Below are positions 33,392 through 43,412 of a stretch of 64,000 bases of DNA, one piece after another. The translations under genes and the position numbers were made by a program. Within the stretch, counting starts at the first letter, position 1; each line of letters begins with the position of its first letter. This stretch comes from an uncultured Acidobacteriota bacterium (GTDB lineage Bacteria; Acidobacteriota; UBA6911), in contig CAWJKZ010000019.1 in assembly GCA_963843575.1 (NCBI GenBank), positions 128,001 to 192,000 of the forward strand, written 5' to 3'. Under the pieces are notes generated by a model, which saw only the letters and a list, made by a program, of their open reading frames with translations, had not been told where the DNA came from and made no database searches.

Positions 33392-34740
33392 GTGGACCTG
33401 TTCGAGCAGCGCAAGATCTACTCCGTCTTCGAAATCACGTCCGAGATCAAGAGGACCCTGGACCGCATGGGAGTCCTGTGGATCAAGGGAGAGATATCGA
33501 ACTTCAAACACCACTCCTCCGGCCACATGTACTTCTGCCTGAAGGACGAGCGCGCGCAGGTGAAGGCGGCGTGTTTTCGAGGCAGCAACGCCTACCTCAA
33601 ATTCCGCCCCGAAGACGGGCTTGAAGTGCTGGCACGCGGGCGCCTGAGCGTCTACGAGCCGCGCGGCGACTACCAGGTGCTCGTCGATTACATGGAGCCG
33701 GTGGGTCTGGGTTCGCTCCAGCTCGCATTCGACCAGTTGAAGGAGAGGCTCCGCCGGGAAGGCCTGTTCGACGAGGCCCACAAGGTGGCCCTGCCCCTGC
33801 TGCCGGGCAAGGTCGGGATCGTCACATCGCCCACCGGCGCCGCCATCCGCGACATCCTGCGCATCCTCAAGAGGCGGAACGCCTCGCTTCACGTCCTGCT
33901 CTACCCGGTCAAGGTGCAGGGCGCGGGCGCCCGCGACGAGATCGCCGCCGCGATCCGCTACTTCAACCAGCGCTCCGACATCGACGTGATCATCGCCGGC
34001 CGCGGCGGCGGATCGATCGAGGACCTCTGGGCATTTAACGAGGAGGTCGTCGCGCGCGCGATCTACGCCTCGGACGATCCCGGTCATCTCGGCGGTGGGC
34101 CACGAAGTGGACTTCACGATCGCCGATTTCGTCGCCGACCTGCGCGCCCCCACGCCCTCGGCGGCGGCCGAGATGGTGTCGGGTGCGCGCGAAGACCTGC
34201 GGGCGACCGTGACGTCCTTGCAGGGGAGGCTGTCGCAGGCGATGATGCTCGGCTTCGAGAGGCGCCGCTCGGCGCTGGATCGACTCTCCCGCAACCGCGC
34301 CTTCATCACCGCACCCAACCGCGTCAAGGAACTGCAGCAGAGGTTCGACGAAGCGGCGCTGCGCATGAACCAGGCGATGGAGCGCTACCTCACGAGGCTC
34401 GGGCGCCGGCGCGAAATCGCCCAGACGCGCCTCGTCAGGCTCGACCTGCGGAAGGCGATCGCCCATCGGCGCGAAGTTCTCGCGCGCAACCACCAGGGGT
34501 TGACCGCCTGCATGCGGGCCCGGCTGCGCCAGGAGCGCGCCCGTCTCGCGCTGGCCGCCGGCCGCCTGGACGCGCTCAGCCCGCTGGCCATCCTGCAGCG
34601 CGGCTACGCCATCTGTCGCGACGAAAACGGGGCAATTCTGCGGGACGCTGCCGCCACACAGCCGGGCCGCCAGGTCGGAATCAATCTGGCCCGCGGGAGT
34701 ACTCCGCTGCCGGGTCGAAGATGTGGTCGAGTCCCCTTGA
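33392..34740 (+). CDS. xseA: Exodeoxyribonuclease VII large subunit, frameshifts near 34078 and 34696
   Basis: [61 protein letters not shown] and [11 protein letters not shown]. Confidence 0.93.
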
Positions 34741-34829
34741 TATTGTTCGGGTCCCCGGCGCCTTCGAGGTGACGAGTTCCTTGACCGGATCGAAGGGCCC
34801 CGAGGTTCGAACATTGGAGCGTAGTTATC

Positions 34830-35072
34830 ATGGATCTGAAGGTAAAGGATTTCGAATCCGCGCTGAAGTCGCTCGAGGATATCGTCGTTCAACTCGAAAA
34901 CGGCGACCTCCCCCTCGATCGGGCCCTCGAATTGTTCGAGGAAGGGGTGCGCATCAGCCGCTTCTGCAGCGGCAAGCTGGAAGAAGCGGAACGCAAGGTG
35001 GAGATGCTGATGCGCAACGCCGACGGCTCGGTCAAGGAAGTCCCGTTCGCCGATGACGTCGAAGAAACCTAG
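34830..35072 (+). CDS. xseB: Exodeoxyribonuclease VII small subunit
   Basis: FESALKSLEDIVVQLENGDLPLDRALELFEEG. Confidence 0.95.
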   Translation: MDLKVKDFESALKSLEDIVVQLENGDLPLDRALELFEEGVRISRFCSGKLEEAERKVEMLMRNADGSVKEVPFADDVEET

Positions 35073-35186
35073 GGACATTGCGCCGTCTTGGTTCGCCGTC
35101 GGGCGCCGCCGCGACCCGCAAGCCGCGAACCGGGACTGCCAAGTCATGCTGTGAACCCACACAGCGAACTCGCACTGCGGATCGTG

Positions 35187-36071
35187 ATGGACATTGACCG
35201 TTATCTCTCGCTGATCAAGCACGAGGTCGAGACCTGCCTCGACACGCTCCTGCCGCCGGAAGAGGCGGAACCGCCGACGATCCACCGCGCGATGCGCTAC
35301 TCCATTTTCGCGGGCGGAAAGCGCATCCGGCCGGCGCTGGTGGTCGCGTCCGGGGAAGGGGTCGGAGGCGACCGCGGCACGCTCGTGCACCTGGGCGCCG
35401 CGATCGAAATGATCCACACCTACTCGCTGATTCACGATGACCTGCCCGCGCTCGACAACGACGATCTGCGACGCGGCAGGCCGACCTGCCACAAGGTGTT
35501 CGGCGAGGCCATGGCGATCCTGGCGGGGGACGCCCTGATGACCTGCAGCTACCAGGCGCTGGGCCGCCTGCCCGACGTCTCCGACCGGGCGCGGCTCGCC
35601 GTTATCCGCGAGATCGCCTCCGCCACCGGCACCCGCGACGGCATGATCGGCGGGCAGGTCGTCGACCTCGAGTCGGAAGGCAAGACGATCGGCCCGGAGG
35701 TCCTGGATTACATCCACCGCTCCAAGACCGGCGCCCTGCTGACGGCCTGCGCGCGCTGTGGAGCGCTCGCGGCGGGCGCGGGTCCGGGTGAGCTCGAGTC
35801 CCTGACCCGCTACGGCCGCAACGTCGGGCTCGCGTTCCAGGTCGTGGACGACATCCTCGACATCACCGCCAGCAGCGAGCGGCTCGGGAAGACGGCGGGC
35901 AAGGATCAGAAGGTGAAGAAGGCCACCTATCCCGCCCTTTACGGGATCGATGCGTCCAACGCCAAGGCGCGCGAGCTGGTGGCATCGGCACTCGAGGACG
36001 TCCGGGACCTCGGGGAAACCGCCGCACCGCTCAGGATGATCGCGCGCTTCATCCTGAGCCGCACGACCTAG
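35187..36071 (+). CDS. ispA: Farnesyl/geranylgeranyl diphosphate synthase
   Basis: GGKRIRP, SLIHDDLPALDNDDLRRG, KTG and FQVVDDILD. Confidence 0.93.
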   Translation: MDIDRYLSLIKHEVETCLDTLLPPEEAEPPTIHRAMRYSIFAGGKRIRPALVVASGEGVGGDRGTLVHLGAAIEMIHTYSLIHDDLPALDNDDLRRGRPTCHKVFGEAMAILAGDALMTCSYQALGRLPDVSDRARLAVIREIASATGTRDGMIGGQVVDLESEGKTIGPEVLDYIHRSKTGALLTACARCGALAAGAGPGELESLTRYGRNVGLAFQVVDDILDITASSERLGKTAGKDQKVKKATYPALYGIDASNAKARELVASALEDVRDLGETAAPLRMIARFILSRTT

Positions 36072-36533
36072 TGGTCAGTTTCATAAACCTGGTGACGTGT
36101 TTTTTCGGACGCGGATTGACGAGGGCCGGCGCTTCGCGCCGACCGGTCGGCCCTCGTGGCGGAATGCCGGACGCGGCCGATCCGCGTGAATCGGCAAAAT
36201 CCACGAACATCCGCGTTCCGCTTTCGACTTTGTCATTCCTGACCGGTCAAGGCCGGACAACGTCGACTACCGCCGTGTTCATCCGTGCCCTGAGATCACG
36301 TCACCGCAATTATGAAATCGCGCACTACACAGTCTCATAAGTACGCTGACGTATTTTTCAGGACGCAGACCAACACGGGCGATGAAAGACAAAAGCCAAA
36401 ACAGAACGCAGATTCCGCGGATCCAAGAGATTCACGCGGATCGACCGCGGCCTGTCGCCAGGTCGATCTGTGGGGATCCGCGCGCATCTGCGTCCTGACA
36501 AATACGTTGGCGTATTGGTGAACATCAGTACTA
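36069..36533. mobile_element. Two adjacent MITE-like family D elements with imperfect terminal inverted repeats
   Basis: Element about 36069-36328 has ends tagtg..tttcataa..ggtgacgtg and cacgtcacc..ttatgaaa..cacta. Element about 36340-36513 has ends agtacgctgacgtatttttcaggacgcaga and tctgcgtcctgacaaatacgttggcgtatt. No transposase ORF. Confidence 0.65.
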
Positions 36534-36552
36534 AGCCCGCCGGAGGTCACGC

Positions 36553-37335
36553 TTGAGCCCGCAAAAACGGCGCATCGACGTGCTGCTCCTCGAGCACGGT
36601 TTCACGGAGAGCCGCCACAAGGCCCAGGCCCTGCTGCTCGCGGGGAAGGTCCTGGTCGATGGGCAGAAAGTGGAAAAACCGGGGCAACTGGTCCGCCCGG
36701 ACGCCGATGTCCGTCTTCTTGGACAGGAGCGCTTCGTCAGCCGCGCCGGCGCCAAGCTGCAGGCGGCGCTCGACGCGTTCGCCCTCCAGGTCGCCGGCCG
36801 AGTCTGCGCCGATCTCGGAGCCTCGACCGGCGGGTTTACCGACTGCCTGCTGCAGAACGGCGCCGCCGCCGTGCACGCCTACGACGTCGGCCTCGGGCAA
36901 CTGGACTGGAGGCTGCGCTCCGATCCCCGGGTCGTCGTGCACGACGGCTTCAACGTCCGCCACCTTACCGGCAGGGACCTCCCGGACGGTCTCTCCGTGG
37001 TCTGCGCCGACCTCTCGTTCATATCCCTGACGAAGGTCCTCGCGCCGCTGCGCGACGCCCTGCTGGAGCAGCCCCCGCACGGCGGGCCCGGCGTGGTCGA
37101 CGTCGTTCTGCTCGTCAAGCCGCAGTTTGAGGTCGGCAAGGGCCAGGTGGGCAAGGGGGGCATCGTGCGCAGTCCCGAGAAAAGAGCCGAAGCCGTCGAA
37201 GCGGTGACGGCCTTCTCACGGGGCGCCGGGTACCAGCCGCGCGGCAGCATCCCTTCACCCATCGCGGGCGCGAAAGGGAATCAGGAGTTTTTGTTGTACC
37301 TCCAACTCCCACCTGATCTATCATCCCCCGCATGA
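36553..37335 (+). CDS. tlyA: TlyA family rRNA 2'-O-methyltransferase
   Basis: S4-like RIDVLL, FVSRAGAKL, DLGASTGGFTDCLLQ, DLSFISL, VKPQFE and GAKGNQEF. Confidence 0.93.
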   Translation: MSPQKRRIDVLLLEHGFTESRHKAQALLLAGKVLVDGQKVEKPGQLVRPDADVRLLGQERFVSRAGAKLQAALDAFALQVAGRVCADLGASTGGFTDCLLQNGAAAVHAYDVGLGQLDWRLRSDPRVVVHDGFNVRHLTGRDLPDGLSVVCADLSFISLTKVLAPLRDALLEQPPHGGPGVVDVVLLVKPQFEVGKGQVGKGGIVRSPEKRAEAVEAVTAFSRGAGYQPRGSIPSPIAGAKGNQEFLLYLQLPPDLSSPA

Positions 37336-38186
37336 ATTTGCCCGTCGCCAGAGTGGGGCTGGTTCTCAAGCGTCACGATCCCCGCGTCCCCGCAATTGCC
37401 GCCGAAATCATCCCATGGCTGCAGGCGAAAGGGGTCGAGGTCTTCCTGGACCATGAGTCCGCGCGCCTGTACCCGAACTGCACCATCGCGGCCCCGGAAG
37501 ACTTGGCCGGCCGAGTCGACGTGGTCGCCGTCTTCGGCGGGGACGGAACCCTCCTTTATGCGGCGCGCCTGGTCGCGCCAAGCGGCATCCCGATCCTCGG
37601 CGTGAACCTGGGCTCGCTCGGATTTCTCACCGAGGTCAAGATCGAGGAGATGCGGCAGGCGTTCTCCAGGCTGCTCTCGGGGGAGTATCTGCTGGAAAGC
37701 CGGATGCTGCTCGAGGTGGAGGTGTACCACGGAGGGCGCTGCGACCGGTATCTCGCCTTGAACGACGCGGTTATAAACAAGGGGGCGCTCGCCCGGATCA
37801 TCGAGCTCGAGGTTACCGCAAACGAGGACCCGGTTATGCTGATCCGTGCCGACGGGCTGATTATTTCGACCCCGACCGGCTCTACTGCTTACTCGCTGTC
37901 GGCGGGCGGACCCATCCTCTATCCGACCCTGGAAGCGTTCATCATCACGCCGATCTGCCCGCACACGCTGACCAACAGGCCTGTCGTGGTCCCCGACGGC
38001 ATGGTCATCGGCGTCTGCCTGCGCCACGGCGCCGACGTGATGCTCACGGTCGACGGCCAGGTCGGGGTGCCGCTCGGAGCCAACGACCTGCTGAAGATAC
38101 GGAAGGCCGTTCCTTTTGTCCGACTTGTGCAGGCCACCGGCACGAGTTTCTTCCGTCTGTTGCGTGAAAAGCTGAAATGGGGTTGA
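37332..38186 (+). CDS. nadK: NAD kinase
   Basis: GGDGT, GVNLGSLGFL, ALND and DGLIISTPTGSTAYSLSAGGP. Confidence 0.96.
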   Translation: MNLPVARVGLVLKRHDPRVPAIAAEIIPWLQAKGVEVFLDHESARLYPNCTIAAPEDLAGRVDVVAVFGGDGTLLYAARLVAPSGIPILGVNLGSLGFLTEVKIEEMRQAFSRLLSGEYLLESRMLLEVEVYHGGRCDRYLALNDAVINKGALARIIELEVTANEDPVMLIRADGLIISTPTGSTAYSLSAGGPILYPTLEAFIITPICPHTLTNRPVVVPDGMVIGVCLRHGADVMLTVDGQVGVPLGANDLLKIRKAVPFVRLVQATGTSFFRLLREKLKWG

Positions 38187-38198
38187 TCGGGGGTTAGC

Positions 38199-38375
38199 GT
38201 GGAAGACGCCAAAGAACAGCATCCAGATGCGCCCGGCCGGGAGGCTCCCGGCGACAAAGCCAGGAAGCGCCTGCGGCGCACCTGGCGCTGGGCGTTGGGC
38301 GCTGTGTCCATCGCCGCCGTCGGGGCCGGCATCTTCTTTGTCTCGAAGAAGGGTGCCATCCGCCGCCACCCCTAA
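38199..38375 (+). CDS. Putative 58-aa small membrane protein, not in the ORF track
   Basis: GTG..TAA frame: MEDAKEQHPDAPGREAPGDKARKRLRRTWRWALGAVSIAAVGAGIFFVSKKGAIRRHP, a basic stretch followed by one TM helix. Confidence 0.45.
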   Translation: MEDAKEQHPDAPGREAPGDKARKRLRRTWRWALGAVSIAAVGAGIFFVSKKGAIRRHP

Positions 38376-38377
38376 AT

Positions 38378-38458
38378 GTGGAGTGCGGCGGCTCGACGCC
38401 GCCAGAGACCGGGGCTGCAAGGTCGCAATCCGGTGTGGCACCGAGCCGCCGCACTTCC
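38378..38458. repeat. Repeat family B copy
   Basis: gtggagtgcggcggctcgacgccgc ... ccgagccgccgcacttcc. Confidence 0.8.
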
Positions 38459-38460
38459 TA

Positions 38461-38551
38461 ACCGGAAAAGGTCGATTCCCAGCGCGCGGCACATCTTGTC
38501 GAAGAGGGCTACGGGAAGCCCACGATGTTGAAGTAGCAGCGCCTTCGATGA
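38461..38551 (-). pseudogene. Diverged duplicate of the maf 3' end
   Basis: Direct repeat of about 38580-38668; with small indels it encodes CYFNIVGF/PVALFDKMCRALGIDLFR versus CYFNIVGFPVALFDRMCRRMGIDLFR in maf. Confidence 0.8.
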
Positions 38552-38577
38552 ATGCGGCGCCGAGGCGCAGCACACCA

Positions 38578-39171
38578 TTACCGGAAGAGGTCGATCCCCA
38601 TCCTGCGGCACATCCGGTCGAAGAGGGCTACGGGGAAGCCCACGATGTTGAAGTAGCATCCCTCGATGCGGTCGATGAACAGGGCTGCGAACCCCTGGAC
38701 CGCGTATCCCCCCGCCTTGTCGCGGTACTCGCCCGTCGCGGTGTACCAGCGGATTTCGCGGTCGCTCAGGCGCCGGAAGTGCACGCGCGAGCGGCTGAAC
38801 CCGGACCTGAGCCGGCCGGAGGCGCAATCCAGCAGCGCGAGCCCGGTAATGACCTCGTGCCAGCGTCCGCTCAGCGCGCGCAGCATCGCGGTAGCCTCGT
38901 CCCGGGATCCGGGTTTTCCCAGCACGGTCTTTCCCGCGACCACTATGGTGTCCGCCCCGACGACGAGCCCCGAGCGGCGGCTGCCGGCGACTTCGCGCAC
39001 CTTGATGCGCGCCACGCGGACCGCATACGCCGAGGCCGTCTCGCCCCGCCGCGGCGGCGGTTCGGGAAGCGAACTCGGCTCGACCGCAAAACCGAGTCCC
39101 AACCCGTGGAAGATCTCCTCGCGCCGCGGCGAGGCGGACGCCAGCACCCAACGGCTGCTGCTTGTTGTCAT
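38578..39171 (-). CDS. maf: Maf/YhdE nucleoside triphosphate pyrophosphatase
   Basis: VLASASPRR, GADTIV, LGKP, DKAGGYAVQG and NIVGFP. Confidence 0.95.
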   Translation of the reverse strand: MTTSSSRWVLASASPRREEIFHGLGLGFAVEPSSLPEPPPRRGETASAYAVRVARIKVREVAGSRRSGLVVGADTIVVAGKTVLGKPGSRDEATAMLRALSGRWHEVITGLALLDCASGRLRSGFSRSRVHFRRLSDREIRWYTATGEYRDKAGGYAVQGFAALFIDRIEGCYFNIVGFPVALFDRMCRRMGIDLFR

Positions 39172-39244
39172 CAGGGTATCTCTCTGCTAAGTTAGGATCG
39201 CCGTCACGGCTCGGTCCCGCGCGCGGCCATTTTTCGACCCGTTC

Positions 39245-40277
39245 ATGAAACAGACACTCGGCATTGCCGCCCTGTCGTTCCTGCTCGTTGCCCGGTTCTG
39301 CACCGCATCCGGCCCCGCGCGGCCGCAGGCGACAGCACCGGCGGCACCGGCCACGACGTTCCCGGAAAAGCTACTGGAGGGGGAGCCCGATTTCAACCTC
39401 GCTTTCCTCATCCAGGGCGACCTGCGCGGGAACTACGGGCCGTGCGGCTGACCGATCAACCCGATGGGCGGTTTCGCCCGCAGGACAAGCTACTGGAACG
39501 CCTTCGCCAGGAAATACCCGGAGCGGCCCCTGCTTGCGGCTCGACGGAGGCTCGTTCTTCACCCTCGGAGTAGCCGAGGCTGCCTCAATCAACCGCTGGA
39601 TGCTCGAGGGGACATACCGGTCGCGCCTGGATGCGCTCAACCTCACGGCTTGGGACCTCCCCGCGTGGCAGGAGATGTGGGACCTGGCCGCCGCAGGTCA
39701 GCTGCCGCGCCAGTTCCTCGACCTGCCGCTCGTCTCCGCGAACGTGAAGGCGAAGGCACCGAACTTTCCGGCTCTCCGGAAGTTTGTCTTCAAGGAGCTC
39801 GTCGTCGACCCCAAGTCCGGGACGAAGCTGCGCGTCGGGATCAGCGGCGTGCTGTTCGACCCGGAAGAGCGCATCTCCCGCGAGGAGTTCAACGTCAAGG
39901 ACCCGCAGGAAGCCGTCCGGCAGGTCGTTGCCGAGATGGAGCCCGGCAGCGACTACCGGATTATCATGATCGACGCGGGCGTGGGCAAAGCCATCAGCCT
40001 GGCCGCCGTTGTCCCGGGCATTAACCTCATCATCGTCGCCCACAACTACGAGGAGATCCTGGAACCACAGCAGGTCGGCGACACCCTGATCTCGGTGCCC
40101 GCCAACGAAGGCCGCCTGATCAGCGAGGTCCGGGTGTCGTTTCAGCAGGGATCCCAAAGCCTCGGCGTGCACACCCGTTTCGTCCCCCTGGACCGCTCCG
40201 TCCCGGACGACCCGGAGATGAGCGCCCTGATTCGCAAGGCCCAGGCGGACGTCGACGAATTCAAGCGAGCCCGGTGA
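39245..40277 (+). CDS. Exported UshA-like (5'-nucleotidase/metallophosphoesterase fold) candidate selenoprotein with a C-G-U motif; one frameshift near 39533
   Basis: Signal peptide, then GDLRGNYGPCG-TGA(39449-39451)-PINPMGGFARR in the same frame. After the shift: LDGGSFF, DALNL, PLVSANV, INLIIVAH, NEGRL and VPDDPEM. Confidence 0.8.
39465..39480 (+). promoter_or_regulatory. Bacterial SECIS-like hairpin
   Basis: Stem (t)gggcg/cgccc(g) with loop GTTT beginning 19 nt after the in-frame TGA; the loop starts with GU. Confidence 0.7.
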
Positions 40278-40570
40278 GCGCCCGTATGCAACCCGTCTCT
40301 TCCGTAATCTACTCGCTGTTCCGCGGTTCCCCCCGGCACGACGAGTGGGTCGTCGCCTGTCTCGAGGGGGCTTGGACGGGGCTTCTGGGCGAGAGGCTGG
40401 CTACCGCGTGCAAGCCCGTCCGATTCGAGCGCTCCAGCCTTCTGGTCGAGGTGCTGGACGAAGCCTGGATCGAACCCCTCCGCTCATGTTCGGCGGAACT
40501 GCTCGCCAGGATCCGCACCGCCACAGGCGGCGAGGTTCAGTGCGTTGATTTCAGGCTCCGGCCCTACTAA
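40274..40570 (+). CDS. DUF721 / DciA family protein
   Basis: AWTGLLGERLATACKPVRFERSSLLVEV..AW..L pattern; GTGA overlap with the upstream stop. Confidence 0.7.
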   Translation: MSARMQPVSSVIYSLFRGSPRHDEWVVACLEGAWTGLLGERLATACKPVRFERSSLLVEVLDEAWIEPLRSCSAELLARIRTATGGEVQCVDFRLRPY

Positions 40571-40580
40571 ATGGTTCATT

Positions 40581-40630
40581 CTGGAGTGCGGCGGCTCGAC
40601 GCCGCTTTGGCGTCGGCGCCTGGGCGCCGC
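40581..40630. repeat. Repeat family B single unit
   Basis: ctggagtgcggcggctcgacgccgctttggcgtcggcgcctgggcgccg. Confidence 0.85.
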
Positions 40631-40765
40631 ACAACTATGGGTTTTGACGACACCGCCTCCCCCCGATGCGCCGATGATTACCCAGCCCCCTCTCCCCAAG
40701 CGTTGTCTCTAATGCTATTATCAAACCGGCCCGCAATTTTAACGCTTGCAGTTCTGGAGAACAGG

Positions 40766-43297
40766 ATGCTTCAAAGGTACGGTAACCCCGCACGATACTG
40801 TTTATTGCTCTGCCTCCTGGTGACGGAACTTTCGGCACAAACAAGGATCCGTGTACGCGTCGAACCCAACGCCGGGGATGTGACCGACAAGCTTGTTTTC
40901 GACACCAACCTGGACACGACCGACAACATCGCCCCCAACATAATCTTCACGGCGGACTCCAGCCGCGGGTTTGTCGCTTATCCGGGCTCCGGAACCGTTG
41001 CGGTTTTTTCCGTGCAGAGCGGCGCCGTGCTGAACCGGATCCCCACGGGCGGCAAGCCGTACTGGGGACTGCTGCTGCCTGACGGCCACACGATCGCGTA
41101 TACCTCGGTCCTGTCGAACGAGCTGTTTCTCGTCGACGAAAGCAGCGCGCTGCAAGTCGGCGTCTGGTCGTTCGCCGGTGCGCAATTCGGTTTCGGCAGC
41201 ATACCAGTCCTGTCGCCCGACGGAGTGTACGGCTACATCTCTTCCACCGGCACGGGCGAGGTCATCAAGTTCCGCGTCGCGGACGGCAGGGAGGAGGGGC
41301 GCCTCAAGGGAGTCCCCACGCCCGCCCAGCTGGCCGTCTCCAGCGACGGCGCCACCCTCGTAGTGGTGGAAACCACCAACGAGGAGATCCTTTTCGTCGA
41401 CACCGCAGCGCTTACAACAAAGGCCACCATAAAGCCGCCGTCAGACAGGGCCATTAATTTCACGATCTTCAACCGCCCGGTGCTTGCACCGGACGGCGTC
41501 ACGGGTATCATCGCCAGCCGCGACAACAACGGGATCCTCGGATCCGACTCCGTCTACCTGTTCAAGACGGCCACGGGCGAACTCCTGGATACTGCCAGCA
41601 TCGGGTCCGAACCCGGTTTCACGGGCCTCACGCCCGACGACCGGTACTGGGCCGTCTTCTGCGAGTTTACCATCTCGCTGATTTCCACCGCGGACTTCAA
41701 GACGCGCCGCGAACTCTCGCTGTCTCACGGCGAGCCGATCGGTTCGGCCAACATCGTCTTCAGCCCGGACTCGAAGCTGGCCTACTACGCGTCTTCGGCC
41801 GACGACCTCGTCTACGAGCACCAGATCGACAACGACGCCATCCTCGGGCAGTTGCTGGTCGGCGACAACCCCGACACGGTCCTGGAGCAGCCCTCCGCGA
41901 TGGCCATGACCCCCGACGGGAAGACGCTCGCCGTGCTCGAGTTCGCCAGCAACAACATCGACCTGCTGACCCCGGTCTGGACCCTCGACACCCCCAAGTA
42001 CATCAACTCGCCCGGCCTCTTCACCGGTCTGACCCTCATCAACCTCTCCGACACGGCCAACAAGTTCACCGTGTACGCGCTCGACAACTACGGCCAGCTC
42101 TTGAACGAGACCGGCGTGACCAACCCCGTCACCTACGTCCTGGAGCCCAACGCCCAGGTCTCGAAAACCGTGGCGCAGATGTTCACGCTCGACAGCACAA
42201 AGGAAACGACCGGCTGGATTTCCGTCTTCAGCGAACAGCCGCGGGCGACCGGGTATCTCTCGATCGGGGACAACAGCCTGAACCGGCTCGATGCCGTTCC
42301 CCTGTTCGCGTCCACCTCGTCGACCGACTGGGTCATCCCGGAAGTGGCCAGGCACGAGGGGACCCTGCTCGAACTCAACTACGTCAACCCCACCTACACC
42401 CAATCCCTGTTCAACACCACGCGCTATGCCGTCGACGGCACCGTGCTGGCCTCGAGCACCGGCAACGTCGGCTACCCCACCAACCGACAGACCCAGTATT
42501 TCGGCGACCTGTTCCCGGACCCGGCCGAGGTCAGCGACGGGTACGTGCGGGTCACTTCCAACAAGGGGATGATCTTCACCGAATTCCTGACCACGGCCAA
42601 CACTGCGACCGAGCTGAACGGCATCGATGTCAACCGCTACAGCGGCATCTACACCCTCTACTCCCCGCAGTTCGCGGTCACGCCGGCGTTCAACACGATT
42701 CTCAACGTGATCAACGCTAGCCCCGAAGACGCCGACATCACGGTCACACTCCACGCGGCCGACGGCTCCCCCGTGGGGCAGCCCTATCACACGCGACTGG
42801 TCAAGGGCGCGCAGCTGAAGCGGAACCTCGCTATCCTCTTCCAGGGCGACCCTGCCGTGGCAGACATCACCGGCTGGCTGGAAGTGGCTAGCACCAAGGA
42901 CCGTGTTCTGGGCACCATCACCTTCACAAACGAACAGGCCTCGTTTGCGACGACCTTCGAACTCCTGGGCACCCCGCAGGGGAATTTCCTGTTCCCGGTT
43001 CTCGCCCAGGACGACGTGTATCAAATGGGCCTCGCGCTCCTGAACCCCGGCGCCGAACCCGCCCGGCTGACCCTCGAAGTCCGGGGAGAGGGCGGGGCCG
43101 TCGACGCGACCACTGAGCTAACCCTGCCGGCGAGACACCGGACCGCCCTGTACCTGCCGAGTTTTTTCCCGAACATCGGGCCGCGGCTGACCGGTCACGT
43201 GGGGGTGCGTTCGGACAAGCCTCTACTCGGCTTCTCCCTCATCCACGACGCGGGCTTCACGTTCATGACCGCGATCCCCGCCATCCCCATCCCGTGA
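40766..43297 (+). CDS. Large exported protein: YVTN/YncE-like beta-propeller followed by repeated beta-sandwich modules
   Basis: Signal peptide; repeated SPDG/TPDG blade motifs; C-terminal modules [18 protein letters not shown] and MGLALLNPG with GWISV/GYVRVTS/GWLEVAS. Confidence 0.7.
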   Translation: MLQRYGNPARYCLLLCLLVTELSAQTRIRVRVEPNAGDVTDKLVFDTNLDTTDNIAPNIIFTADSSRGFVAYPGSGTVAVFSVQSGAVLNRIPTGGKPYWGLLLPDGHTIAYTSVLSNELFLVDESSALQVGVWSFAGAQFGFGSIPVLSPDGVYGYISSTGTGEVIKFRVADGREEGRLKGVPTPAQLAVSSDGATLVVVETTNEEILFVDTAALTTKATIKPPSDRAINFTIFNRPVLAPDGVTGIIASRDNNGILGSDSVYLFKTATGELLDTASIGSEPGFTGLTPDDRYWAVFCEFTISLISTADFKTRRELSLSHGEPIGSANIVFSPDSKLAYYASSADDLVYEHQIDNDAILGQLLVGDNPDTVLEQPSAMAMTPDGKTLAVLEFASNNIDLLTPVWTLDTPKYINSPGLFTGLTLINLSDTANKFTVYALDNYGQLLNETGVTNPVTYVLEPNAQVSKTVAQMFTLDSTKETTGWISVFSEQPRATGYLSIGDNSLNRLDAVPLFASTSSTDWVIPEVARHEGTLLELNYVNPTYTQSLFNTTRYAVDGTVLASSTGNVGYPTNRQTQYFGDLFPDPAEVSDGYVRVTSNKGMIFTEFLTTANTATELNGIDVNRYSGIYTLYSPQFAVTPAFNTILNVINASPEDADITVTLHAADGSPVGQPYHTRLVKGAQLKRNLAILFQGDPAVADITGWLEVASTKDRVLGTITFTNEQASFATTFELLGTPQGNFLFPVLAQDDVYQMGLALLNPGAEPARLTLEVRGEGGAVDATTELTLPARHRTALYLPSFFPNIGPRLTGHVGVRSDKPLLGFSLIHDAGFTFMTAIPAIPIP

Positions 43298-43342
43298 CGC
43301 TTCGGGCCCTGCGCGGCGAGCCGGACCCGATATGTTTTATTT

Positions 43343-43371
43343 TTGCAGAAAGCCGGATCCTGTGGTATCCT
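43343..43371 (+). promoter_or_regulatory. sigma70 promoter of rpsO-pnp
   Basis: AT-rich tract, then TTGCAG-17 nt-TATCCT with a TG extended -10. Confidence 0.6.
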
Positions 43372-43412
43372 TAGCGTTTGTCATATCCAGGTTTGCTTGT
43401 TCGGAGGAAGCC

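Noticed and set aside
38461-38668. maf 3' duplication as a DGR template/variable repeat pair
   Set aside because: Mismatches are not confined to adenines of one copy, many are synonymous, and no reverse transcriptase is nearby.
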